The translations under genes were made by a program, and so were the position numbers. Below, piece by piece: positions 16,636 through 26,086 of a stretch of 26,541 nucleotides of DNA. The stretch is from a virus (lineage: Duplodnaviria > Caudoviricetes): positions 1-26,541 of IMG/VR virus record IMGVR_UViG_3300020433_000039, one strand, 5' to 3'. How positions within the stretch are numbered: position 1 is the stretch's first letter; each line of letters opens with the position of its first letter. Under the pieces are notes generated by a model, which was given only the letters and a program-made list of their open reading frames with translations, searched no databases and had not been told where the DNA came from.

Positions 16636-17667
16636 ATGGCTGTTAAACAGAACGGAGTACTAGGAACATACACACCAACGGTTACTCCATATACAAACCT
16701 TAATCTTCCAGAGACGCATCCAAATAATACTGTGTCTAGTGGTACAGGATTTGCTTTTTACACGTGTCCTGGTGCTAGTTTAGCTAGTGGTAAATTAATT
16801 ATTGCAAATAATACTGGTGGTGCTGCCAACGTTGATGTTGCAATAGTAGAACAATCTGACATCATTCAGTTTGACGCACTAGCATCACAGCCTAATAACC
16901 CTAGTACGAGTGCATCATACGAAAACTATTCTTATTTCAGTCTCCCTAAAAATTCATATGCTTCCTCAATATATGTTGAGTATGCTAACTTAACTGGTAC
17001 AATATTTGCAGGTGAGACAATAACATTTAATAATACTACGTTGACACCTAACGCACAGTCAGCGACAGTTCATTATCATGATACAACCAATAATAAAATT
17101 TGGTTAAGAAATCTGTCAAAACCAGGTGCCTTAAATCCAGGTGGAGCACAAACTATTACTGCTACTGCAAGTGGTGGTGGAACATTTGAGTGGGGTGCAT
17201 CACACGCAGGTAGTGCTGCAAGTTTAGGACATTCTGGTATAATTTCATTCTATGACACTTACAAAGGTAGAATGTTCCTACAAAACTATGAATTTAGAAA
17301 TAATTTGGATTGGTCAGTTCTTGGTGACATGAACAATGAAAACCGTGAATTAGGTAATAGTAACTTAAACAGGTCATATGCAAATATATGGAGACCAGTT
17401 GAGACCACACAACCAAGATTTGCATCCGCAAACTCAACCGTCACCACTGAGTTTATCACTGCTAATGGTATTGAACTGTTAGTATCTGGTGTCAGTCAGG
17501 CAGCTCCCGAACAGTACATAGTTCGCAATAAGCAAGTCACTGACGCTTCCACACTTGAGGTGGGTGGAATAGTACTAGGTACATATCAAACCCTATTTGT
17601 TAATTGTTCTGCTGCAGTTACTGCAACCTTCATAGGTTTTGAAGAAACTGCTGAAATACCTTCATAA
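16636..17667 (+). CDS. Virion structural protein (fibre-associated)
   Basis: 343-aa Thr/Asn/Ser-rich ORF between two fibre genes, with beta-sandwich-like ends. Confidence 0.6.
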   Translation: MAVKQNGVLGTYTPTVTPYTNLNLPETHPNNTVSSGTGFAFYTCPGASLASGKLIIANNTGGAANVDVAIVEQSDIIQFDALASQPNNPSTSASYENYSYFSLPKNSYASSIYVEYANLTGTIFAGETITFNNTTLTPNAQSATVHYHDTTNNKIWLRNLSKPGALNPGGAQTITATASGGGTFEWGASHAGSAASLGHSGIISFYDTYKGRMFLQNYEFRNNLDWSVLGDMNNENRELGNSNLNRSYANIWRPVETTQPRFASANSTVTTEFITANGIELLVSGVSQAAPEQYIVRNKQVTDASTLEVGGIVLGTYQTLFVNCSAAVTATFIGFEETAEIPS

Positions 17668-17679
17668 GAGTTCTAAGAG

Positions 17680-20600
17680 ATGGCACTTACAAGACTAAAG
17701 AACGTCTTTACATCAAAAACTGGACGTTGCTTATATGTTAACCCAGATGATTTTGATGCATCTGACGCATTTGACAATAGAGGTAACTCTCCTAACCGTC
17801 CTTTTAAGACTATACAAAGGGCATTACTTGAAGCTGCCAGATTTTCATATAGAAGTGGACAATATAACGACCAATTTGAGTCATTCAGTATAGTATTATA
17901 TCCTGGCGATTATGTTATTGACAACAGACCAGGCTTAAATGTTAGTGGAAAGGCATTTACATCTACAGATATAACAGAATTAAGTTCTGCTAGTGATTTC
18001 GATCTAGTAGATGGTAATGGTAATCCTAATCCAAACAACGTTCTTTATCAATATAACTCTGTAGAAGGTGGAGTTATCATACCTAGAGGTACATCACTCA
18101 TAGGTATGGATCTTAGAAAGACTAAACTAAGACCATTATATATTCCTGATCCTGAGGCTGGTGCTATTGCTAGATCAGCAATATTCCGTGTGACTGGTGG
18201 ATGTTATTTCTGGCAGTTTAGTTTCTTTGATGGTCCTTCAACTGGAGTCTATAAAGATCCTGCACAACCAAGTGCATCATCACCTCCAACATTCTCTCAC
18301 CACAAACTCACCTGTTTTGAGTATGCTGATGGTAAGAATATACAAGCAGGTTTCCAAGACACAAGTAATACAGCTCTTAATGTTACTGACTTAGATCTAT
18401 ACTATCAAAAGGTAGCAAAAGCATTCTCTGATATTCCTGACTCTACCAGTGTATTATCAGCTGATGAATTACAGTCAAGAGTAGAAGAAAATAGAATTGT
18501 AGGTCCTAACACTGCAGGTCCTCTTACTATCAACTCACTTGTAACTGACTATGTTAGTACAAACGTGTTCACAACAACTGCTGAAGTAACTACTGCTATA
18601 CCTCATGGGTTCTCAGTTGGTACTCCCGTATTGATCAGTGGAGTCACGGGAACTGACGCAACCAGATTCAATGGTTCATATTATATCAGTGAGATACCTT
18701 CAACAACAAAATTTAGATATATTATCAAAGATCCTAGTCTTGGTGCACCATCTGGTAACCCAACAGCTACATCATCTAGTGTTGAGGTTGAAGTTGATAA
18801 CGTAGACTCATCATCACCATACATCTTTAACATATCCCTACGTTCAACATGGGGTACATGTGGTATGCATGCTGATGGTAGCAAGGCAACTGGATTCAAA
18901 TCCATGGTTGTTGCACAGTTCACTGGTGTATCACTACAAAAAGATGATAATGCATTCATCAAGTGGGATGGATCTGCATATATTAATGGATCTCATACTG
19001 ATGGTGACAGTATATTCAGAGCAGCTTATAGAAATTTCCATGTCAAAGCATCTAACGACTCAGTTATCCAAGCTGTTTCTGTGTTCGCTGTTGGTTTCGC
19101 TGATCACTTCGTCGCTCTTAGTGGTGGTGACCAGTCCATTACGAACTCTAACAGTAATTTCGGATCCTGTGCATTAAGAGCAAAAGGATTTAAACCTGTA
19201 CCATTTACACAGGATAAGGCAGGTAAGATAACACATATCATTCCACCACAAAAATTATCTAGAACATGGAATCCAGTCAGCGGTTATACATTTGGAGTCA
19301 ATCTGAATAATCAGACTGTAACATCCAGTCCTGCAAACGATTCACATGGTATTGTAGTCGGTGATTATGTAAGATTTAATGCTGAAGATGGTGGTGCAAG
19401 TGCAGAGTCATATTATATCTCTGCTGTTAACTCAACAAATGGTACATTAACATTATCAAAAGGATATCGTGGAGTCACAGCAGCTACTGAACTTGCATGG
19501 AAAGGCACCTTAGATGAAATTCCTGTTGGTTATGTTGCTGTTGACGTACAAAAGGTAAGAGCAAACGCTTCTCAAAATAATACTGCATGGGCAGCCACAA
19601 CACCATTTGCTGCTGGTGCATCATGTAAAAATGGTGGAAGGACATATTATACTGTAAATGGTGGTACAACTGGTACTAACGCACCTACTCACACTAGCAC
19701 AGCTGGACAAAGTGATGGTGCTGTTACATGGAGATATATTGGATTAGAGAACACTAGATTATATCTCTATGGATATAATTCTGAAGCAACTAAACCTCCA
19801 TATAAATTACAGGGATATAATATTGGTGCTAGAGTACAAGATAAAATTAAAGTATCCTTGATTGACGGATCAACTACAGGAACATTCTGTGCATTGATTA
19901 CACCTGACGACAGTGCATCACCAACTGATCAAACATTTAAAAATGTTAGTGCACAAGCATTTACACCAGGCGATCCTGCACATCCACTACAGTGGGATCC
20001 TGCATTTGGTGCATGGTATCTAAGAGTCACTGCTGCTACATCTGGTGATAGCACAGTCAATGCATCAACTGGATTTAAAGGTATACATTATCACTTAGGT
20101 AATGAGACACAGTTCTATGGATCTGCATTATTTACTGGTGCATCATATATCTCACGTATTCCTGATAACAGATCATCAAGAGATAGAACATATCGTGTAC
20201 GTTATGTTGTAGATAGTTCTGCTGCTACATTGCAGAGAGATCCTATCAACGGTTACATTGTTCAACCAAGAAACGTACCAGCTGGTCAGTCATTTGATGA
20301 TGTATACTACATCTATGATATTCAGACAGAAAAAGAACTAATCAAAGGAAATCAAAATGGTGTCTACTACTGTACTTTAATTAAAGGTAGTATATCTCCT
20401 AGTGATGGAAATGTAAGTTCATTCTCATTCTCTCAGAATATTAATGACTTATATCCAGTATTGGATAAGGATAACCCAACTGAAGATCCAGCTGAAGCAA
20501 CATCTATTGCAAGTAATACTAGTGTTGGTCTAGTTACTACAACTAATCTTGGCACAGGACTTGAGGACAAATCATTATCTATCACTAAGGAAGTAATTGG

Positions 20601-22347
20601 TGATTGGATCATTGAAAATAAGAACGCATACACCAACTCGGCCACAAATAACGCTGCTGCAGCTGGATATATTACTCTAGAACCTCGTGATGGTGACGTT
20701 AATGAAGTTGATAAGGACAAACGAATGGTTCTTGTTAACTCTACAGGTGGAACAATCACAGAACTTAGACGACCTAGTATCCTGAGATCTGGTAACCACA
20801 CATTTGAATATGTTGGTTTCGGACCAGGTAACTATTCAACTGGTCTACCTTCTGTACAGAATAGAGTTCTTACTGATGCTGAGATATTATTGGCACAGTC
20901 ACAGAAAGAAGATGGTGGTATCGCATTCTACTCTGGACTAAACAGTAATGGTGACCTGTTTATTGGTAACAAGAAAGTAAGTTCTGTTACTGGTACTGAA
21001 GAAAGTTTAGACACTCCATCACTATCAATTATTGGTGAGACTGCAAACTTACGTCCTGTATTTGATGAGATTATTGTTAGAGATAAGCTCACAGTTGAAG
21101 ATGCTATGCAAACTAGTGTCATCAAAGGATACCTTACTATCAATAAAGATTTACAGGTAGATGGTGAGACTAAGACAGGATATTTAATTATCAAAGGGTC
21201 ACAAGAGAAGAAACTTACTGTTGGTTCCAGTGCACCTGCAGCTAACGTAGCTGCAAACGATGGAGACTTCCAGTGGGATGATAGTCATACTCGTGGAGAA
21301 TACTTAGGTTGGGTATATGACGGATCCAACTGGGTTAAGATGGGTCTTAGTGATACTGGTAATCTTAAAATAACTGGTGGTAGCGGTAACTCTGATGCTA
21401 CGGGTGATTTACAATTAATGAACGGGTTGGGTATTGATATTCAATCAACTGGTACACTTAATGTTAACAGTGGTAATACTACACTTGGTGGTAATCTAAC
21501 AGTTACAGGCTCATCTGAGTTCAATAATACAGTTGATGTCGATGCAAACTTTGCAGTCAGATCTGGCACTACTGATAAATTTACAGTCGCATCTGCTACA
21601 GGTAACGTTAGTACTAGTGGTACATTAACAGTATCTGGCAACACAACCTTAAATGGAAATGTTGATTTGGGTAATGCAACTACTGATACTGTTAGTTTTG
21701 GAGGTTATCTTGATACTGATATTATTCCAACAACAAATGGTAATAAAAATTTAGGTAGCAATCTACTAAAATTTGGCACAATATATTGTACTGGACTATC
21801 TGGTATAACAAGTATATCTGCTGATGTAACAGGTAATATAACTGGTAATGCTGGCACTGCAACTGCACTAGAAACTGCAAGAACTATTGGTGGTGTATCA
21901 TTTGATGGTACACAAAATATAGATTTACCTGGCGTTAACACAGCTGGTAACCAAAATACATCTGGTAATGCTGGCACTGCAACCCAAGTCTACATGACAA
22001 ATAAAGATGATGATCAATATTACAGTATATTGATGGGTGATAACACCAGCTCCGATGGAAATCGCAGTGTATTCCATGATTATGGATCATTCCAATATAA
22101 TCCATATAATAATATGTTACTACTTTCTAGATTGAAAGTATATGCCATAACAAATGCTACTAATGGTGTAGATGATTATGGAACAGCTGGTCAGGTTCTA
22201 AGATCTACTGGATCCTATCCTAGTGCACCAACATTTGAATGGAGTCATGATATTGGAATCCTAGGTAAAAAATGTTTTGGTAATGAAACTATATCTACAG
22301 GTGCACCTTCTGGTGGAGCGAATGGAGATATCCATTATAAGTACTAA
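17680..22347 (+). CDS. Large tail fibre / virion structural protein (1555 aa)
   Basis: Cyanophage-type N-terminus LYVNPDDFDASD..DNRGNS..RPFKTIQRALLEAARFSY, SMVVAQFTGVSLQKD and RRPSILRSGNHTFEYVGFGPGNYSTGLP. C-terminal fibre repeats include ATALETARTIGGVSFDG. Confidence 0.8.
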   Translation: MALTRLKNVFTSKTGRCLYVNPDDFDASDAFDNRGNSPNRPFKTIQRALLEAARFSYRSGQYNDQFESFSIVLYPGDYVIDNRPGLNVSGKAFTSTDITELSSASDFDLVDGNGNPNPNNVLYQYNSVEGGVIIPRGTSLIGMDLRKTKLRPLYIPDPEAGAIARSAIFRVTGGCYFWQFSFFDGPSTGVYKDPAQPSASSPPTFSHHKLTCFEYADGKNIQAGFQDTSNTALNVTDLDLYYQKVAKAFSDIPDSTSVLSADELQSRVEENRIVGPNTAGPLTINSLVTDYVSTNVFTTTAEVTTAIPHGFSVGTPVLISGVTGTDATRFNGSYYISEIPSTTKFRYIIKDPSLGAPSGNPTATSSSVEVEVDNVDSSSPYIFNISLRSTWGTCGMHADGSKATGFKSMVVAQFTGVSLQKDDNAFIKWDGSAYINGSHTDGDSIFRAAYRNFHVKASNDSVIQAVSVFAVGFADHFVALSGGDQSITNSNSNFGSCALRAKGFKPVPFTQDKAGKITHIIPPQKLSRTWNPVSGYTFGVNLNNQTVTSSPANDSHGIVVGDYVRFNAEDGGASAESYYISAVNSTNGTLTLSKGYRGVTAATELAWKGTLDEIPVGYVAVDVQKVRANASQNNTAWAATTPFAAGASCKNGGRTYYTVNGGTTGTNAPTHTSTAGQSDGAVTWRYIGLENTRLYLYGYNSEATKPPYKLQGYNIGARVQDKIKVSLIDGSTTGTFCALITPDDSASPTDQTFKNVSAQAFTPGDPAHPLQWDPAFGAWYLRVTAATSGDSTVNASTGFKGIHYHLGNETQFYGSALFTGASYISRIPDNRSSRDRTYRVRYVVDSSAATLQRDPINGYIVQPRNVPAGQSFDDVYYIYDIQTEKELIKGNQNGVYYCTLIKGSISPSDGNVSSFSFSQNINDLYPVLDKDNPTEDPAEATSIASNTSVGLVTTTNLGTGLEDKSLSITKEVIGDWIIENKNAYTNSATNNAAAAGYITLEPRDGDVNEVDKDKRMVLVNSTGGTITELRRPSILRSGNHTFEYVGFGPGNYSTGLPSVQNRVLTDAEILLAQSQKEDGGIAFYSGLNSNGDLFIGNKKVSSVTGTEESLDTPSLSIIGETANLRPVFDEIIVRDKLTVEDAMQTSVIKGYLTINKDLQVDGETKTGYLIIKGSQEKKLTVGSSAPAANVAANDGDFQWDDSHTRGEYLGWVYDGSNWVKMGLSDTGNLKITGGSGNSDATGDLQLMNGLGIDIQSTGTLNVNSGNTTLGGNLTVTGSSEFNNTVDVDANFAVRSGTTDKFTVASATGNVSTSGTLTVSGNTTLNGNVDLGNATTDTVSFGGYLDTDIIPTTNGNKNLGSNLLKFGTIYCTGLSGITSISADVTGNITGNAGTATALETARTIGGVSFDGTQNIDLPGVNTAGNQNTSGNAGTATQVYMTNKDDDQYYSILMGDNTSSDGNRSVFHDYGSFQYNPYNNMLLLSRLKVYAITNATNGVDDYGTAGQVLRSTGSYPSAPTFEWSHDIGILGKKCFGNETISTGAPSGGANGDIHYKY
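21842..21983 (+). repeat. 22-bp perfect direct repeat, 120 bp apart
   Basis: CTGGTAATGCTGGCACTGCAAC at 21842-21863 and 21962-21983, each encoding GNAGTAT. Confidence 0.9.
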
Positions 22348-22363
22348 TACAGGTAATTAAATT

Positions 22364-23278
22364 ATGGCAATTCCTTATACACAAGCTGAGGCTGATGAAC
22401 TTGGAGTACATACAAGTAAGAAGGATGGTGGTTCGTGGCGTTATGTAGAGGATATCTACAAAAAAGATGGTGGTACATGGCGAGATATTAAAGAAGTATG
22501 GTATAAATCTGGTGGCACATGGAGATTAGTGCATGAAGGGGAGCATTTCTTATTCAAGACTACACTATCATCTAACTCACAAAATGAGTGGTCACTATCA
22601 TCATATATTACTGGACAGGGATATACTGGAAATAAAATCAAAGGCGTAGTTGTTGTTAACAATAAACAGCAGAGACTAAACTTAAATAACTATCAAAACG
22701 GATCTAGAGTACTATTAGTAGTCAATAGCGGTAAGAAAATATCTGGACGTGGTGGTAATGGAGGTAATGCTTCTGGTGGTAATGGACAAAATGGACAACG
22801 TGCATTATACTCTGGTGGTACACCATTCAAATTAAATAATGCAGGTCTCATCGCAGGTGGCGGTGGTGGAGGTGGTGCTGGTAACCACGGACAGTGCAGT
22901 TATGAAACTACACAGTATGTTTCTTGCATGAAGGGCAACCAGTGTGAGGAAAAACAAACTCAATACTCCCAGTCTGGGGGTGGAGGAGGTGGCGGTGGTG
23001 CTGGTTTTCCTGGTGGAAACGGTGGCACTTGCCCTAACACAAACCCACAGGGAGGTAATGGATCTAACGGTTCTGAAACTTCTGGTGGAGGACCTGGCTC
23101 AGCTGGCGGTTGCGGTGGTGCGACTGGTGGAGGAAATGGTGGTAATCTTGGACAAAACGGACAAAATTCTGGCGGTAACGGTGGAGGTAAAGGATGGGGT
23201 ATCCAAGGTGTGAATCATAAATACGGTACGTATGGCTCTGGAGATGGAGACATTCGTGGGGGAACAACTAACACTTAA
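22364..23278 (+). CDS. Glycine-rich tail-fibre tip adhesin, T2/T6 gp38-like
   Basis: Directly after the long fibre gene. Trp-rich N-terminus, then ISGRGGNGG, N.GLIAGGGGGGG and further glycine-rich motifs, ending G.GDIRG. Confidence 0.7.
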   Translation: MAIPYTQAEADELGVHTSKKDGGSWRYVEDIYKKDGGTWRDIKEVWYKSGGTWRLVHEGEHFLFKTTLSSNSQNEWSLSSYITGQGYTGNKIKGVVVVNNKQQRLNLNNYQNGSRVLLVVNSGKKISGRGGNGGNASGGNGQNGQRALYSGGTPFKLNNAGLIAGGGGGGGAGNHGQCSYETTQYVSCMKGNQCEEKQTQYSQSGGGGGGGGAGFPGGNGGTCPNTNPQGGNGSNGSETSGGGPGSAGGCGGATGGGNGGNLGQNGQNSGGNGGGKGWGIQGVNHKYGTYGSGDGDIRGGTTNT

Positions 23279-23284
23279 AAAACA

Positions 23285-23761
23285 ATGGCACTTGAAGACA
23301 TCAATCCATCTTTCCGAATGGACGCATCTGTAGCTCCAGTCTGGAAATGTGAGAACTACAATATAGAAGATAAAACATTTGAAGTGTACTACAATGATGG
23401 TACATTGAACAATGATGAATGGTATGGTCCTATTCATATGGATCTAGACGCATTAGAACCAGAGAATGTAAACCCATTAAGATTTCAAATTGCTGACGCT
23501 GTTGCTGCCAGAGTAACATATGAACAGTGTAGGGAAACTGATATGTCACAGAGTATACTATATCTGAATAGTATTCTAGGACAAGAGCAGTCAGTATCAC
23601 AAGAAGAATTAATGGCACATCATGAGGCTATGGTAAAAAATGACCCTCAGTATGTTGATCCAAACGCACTATCATCAACACAGGTTGTCAATGTATACAG
23701 TGAAGATGACTTTGACGAACAGTTTGAAGCACTAAGTGCTGCACTGAACTCAGAGGAATGA
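23285..23761 (+). CDS. Hypothetical acidic protein (possible fibre assembly factor)
   Basis: 158-aa ORF starting 6 nt after the adhesin stop. Function inferred from position only. Confidence 0.6.
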   Translation: MALEDINPSFRMDASVAPVWKCENYNIEDKTFEVYYNDGTLNNDEWYGPIHMDLDALEPENVNPLRFQIADAVAARVTYEQCRETDMSQSILYLNSILGQEQSVSQEELMAHHEAMVKNDPQYVDPNALSSTQVVNVYSEDDFDEQFEALSAALNSEE

Positions 23762-23764
23762 TAT

Positions 23765-24484
23765 ATGTATTCATTAGCAGAGACACAAGATAGCCGAATT
23801 GCTCACTATACATTTGGTAAGAGCATTGCATCATATGGTGTAACTGTATTTGGGTGCATAAATGCACGCAAAGGTAAAAAAGTATTTGGTAATGATCCTG
23901 ATCCAGTCAAAGAGATCATGTTGAAGACACAGAATGATATTATATCTGATCACATTAAAAAGAATAAGAAGGGTAAGGTTGCAGGTTATGAGAAGATTAT
24001 AAGAGAAGCAGGTCAAACTTATCAGGTGCATCATAGGACAGTAATGTTTGGAAGCACATGGAAGAGTGACAGTTTAAAACCTGCTAACTACTCAATCGTA
24101 TATCATAATGGTGCACACACTCACTTTAGATTTCCTGGTCTCAATAGAATAACATCACTCGATGAAGGTGGTGTCATTGCTTGCTCTGGTTGGGAGAACT
24201 TAAATGCAACAAACAGGAAGGTTCATTTCTTTGAGGAGAGTGGGAGCTTTACACCTGTTGGAATTGGTAGTATAATAGTATCAATGCATGATTGCTTCTA
24301 TCATAACGTGCAAGTTAAACAACACTTCCCCTTTTATGTCGATAGCACAGAGACAGTACAGATAAGTGTAACTAAACCCACAGTAATATTAGAAATCACG
24401 CAAGATTATCCAGATGTTGCAGATTTTACACAGCAATGGTTAAACCAAATAGAAAAAGGACTTATTGAAATAGTTAATAGATGA
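23765..24484 (+). CDS. Hypothetical protein, paralog A
   Basis: 239 aa with GAGGA upstream. Collinear similarity to the next ORF. Confidence 0.75.
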   Translation: MYSLAETQDSRIAHYTFGKSIASYGVTVFGCINARKGKKVFGNDPDPVKEIMLKTQNDIISDHIKKNKKGKVAGYEKIIREAGQTYQVHHRTVMFGSTWKSDSLKPANYSIVYHNGAHTHFRFPGLNRITSLDEGGVIACSGWENLNATNRKVHFFEESGSFTPVGIGSIIVSMHDCFYHNVQVKQHFPFYVDSTETVQISVTKPTVILEITQDYPDVADFTQQWLNQIEKGLIEIVNR

Positions 24485-25152
24485 TGTCTGAAATCACAGT
24501 AAAGGACGCATGTGACGACCTTACTGTATTATATTACAAAGGATGTGAGCAAGGATTTAAGTTTTTCGGAGATGACCCTGAGGAACATAAGTCATTCATT
24601 AATGAAGCTCACACTGATATGATACAAAAAATGTTCCCACGTGAGAAAGATCAGTATCCATGGGAATTTTTGAGGAGATTTTACTTACATAGTAGGTGCT
24701 TACTGTTCACTGATGGTATATGGATGAGTGAAACTGCAAGATATCCGCAGTATTTACGGTACAGACCAGGTGCCAACACATCATTTAGAGTATCAGGTAT
24801 GACTAGGTTCACTGCACTCACGAAGGGTAGCGGTGCGATATGTGTCGGATACAATCCAGATGCAGATCATATAATTAATTTACGCAGAGAGGTGCATAAA
24901 ATTAAGAAGAATACTATGTTTATGCCAAGATCAGAGCAGTCATATCTCATACCTACACAGGACTGCACCTTTGGTGATAGAAAAATAGGTATGGGTGAGA
25001 TTGCCAGAGCTCATACTGACTTCGATGAAGTAGTATTTGAGAACTCAGGTTACTTAATAGAGTATACTAAGGAACCCTTGACATTAGAGGATGAACTGAT
25101 AAACTATTGTCATCAGTGGATTGATCAAAAGATTGAGGTATTTGAACGATGA
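24481..25152 (+). CDS. Hypothetical protein, paralog B
   Basis: 223 aa with an ATGA overlap. Collinear similarity to the previous ORF. Confidence 0.75.
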   Translation: MMSEITVKDACDDLTVLYYKGCEQGFKFFGDDPEEHKSFINEAHTDMIQKMFPREKDQYPWEFLRRFYLHSRCLLFTDGIWMSETARYPQYLRYRPGANTSFRVSGMTRFTALTKGSGAICVGYNPDADHIINLRREVHKIKKNTMFMPRSEQSYLIPTQDCTFGDRKIGMGEIARAHTDFDEVVFENSGYLIEYTKEPLTLEDELINYCHQWIDQKIEVFER

Positions 25153-25478
25153 TGTTCATAGAAGACGGACAAACACCAGTATGGCAAGATCATTTAGATC
25201 ATCCTCCGCTAGAGTATAAGCATCTTGAACGTGATAAGTTCGAGGAGTTACTTGATATGATGATGGCAGCGTACCCAGAGCATGAACTAACGGAGTGGTT
25301 GAAGCGTGGGTTCGCTATGAATGAGGGAGATAGTACTATATCATTCAGTAGTCTGCAAGGACATCGTGTATTACAGTGGCATATCAATCACTTTGATGAA
25401 GAGGATGCGGAGAGTTATAAATTGATGTATGAAGAAGAGGAAGAATTAGACTGGGATGCGGATTGGGACGATGAATAA
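25149..25478 (+). CDS. Hypothetical acidic protein (109 aa)
   Basis: ATGA overlap with GAGG upstream. Highly acidic C-terminus EEEEELDWDADWDDE. Confidence 0.7.
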   Translation: MMFIEDGQTPVWQDHLDHPPLEYKHLERDKFEELLDMMMAAYPEHELTEWLKRGFAMNEGDSTISFSSLQGHRVLQWHINHFDEEDAESYKLMYEEEEELDWDADWDDE

Positions 25479-25492
25479 AGTGTACACTGAGC

Positions 25493-25521
25493 TTGCATAA
25501 TGCCTATAAATGCACTATAAT
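25493..25521 (+). promoter_or_regulatory. Host sigma70-type (early) promoter
   Basis: TTGCAT (25493-25498), 17-nt spacer, TATAAT (25516-25521) in the intergenic region. Confidence 0.8.
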
Positions 25522-25545
25522 TATAGTATACACAACAGAGGGCAC

Positions 25546-26052
25546 ATGACCGTACTAGCACAGACCAGAAAACAGGAAATGCAAGCAAAGGTAGAACTAT
25601 GGGCATTGAATATATGCGACTGCCTTGAAGAGAATTACAAACAGTACACACTTGCATCACACAGGAGAAACATCGAAACAGGTGATGAGTGGTCAAAAGA
25701 GTATCATCAGGAAAAAATAGATGCTATTACTCTAGGTGGTGGTAATCTAAACAGATACAGAGCATACACAGGTCGCAAGTACATCAAGATCGTTATGCAA
25801 GAGTTTGATGACATGGGTCCTTCTCCAACACATGAGTACAGAGACAGCAGTGTTCATGCATTTATAGATAAGAATACAGGTGAGGTTTACATGCCTGCAG
25901 GTTACAACAAACCAACCACTACTGGTAAGTTCCCAGTAAGATTTGACTACAGGATCATCAAAGACAGAGAGTACTTACTCAATCCTGTAAACACAACATG
26001 GGCAGGTGGTTACCTCTATGACCGTTCACACTTACCTAGCAAGTACATCTAA
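25546..26052 (+). CDS. Conserved cyanophage hypothetical (early) protein
   Basis: GRKYIKIV...SVHAFIDK.TGEVY.PA...P...VRFD...WAGGYLY family pattern. Start at 25546 (GAGGG upstream), since the track start at 25510 lies inside the promoter. Confidence 0.8.
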   Translation: MTVLAQTRKQEMQAKVELWALNICDCLEENYKQYTLASHRRNIETGDEWSKEYHQEKIDAITLGGGNLNRYRAYTGRKYIKIVMQEFDDMGPSPTHEYRDSSVHAFIDKNTGEVYMPAGYNKPTTTGKFPVRFDYRIIKDREYLLNPVNTTWAGGYLYDRSHLPSKYI

Positions 26053-26080
26053 GACCCCACAAGGGGTCTCTGACCCTTTT
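26052..26080 (+). terminator. Hairpin(s) between the hypothetical gene and pyrE; possible terminator, attenuator or RNA-stability element
   Basis: AGACCCC-ACAA-GGGGTCT (26052-26069) has no immediate T-tract. An alternative GGGTC-TCT-GACCC stem is followed by TTTT. Confidence 0.5.
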
Positions 26081-26086
26081 AATGAC

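Noticed and set aside
22740-23270. GGT/GGA-rich repeats as a possible CRISPR array, DGR target or tandem repeat locus
   Set aside because: Explained by glycine codons. No spacer-repeat structure, template/variable repeat pair or reverse transcriptase seen.
15286-23437. Numerous short alternative-frame and antisense ORFs within the fibre genes
   Set aside because: All are nested in long structural genes and lack RBS or motifs.
25510-25545. Track start of the 180-aa ORF
   Set aside because: Overlaps the -10 box of the sigma70 promoter. ATG 25546 has an SD-like GAGGG.
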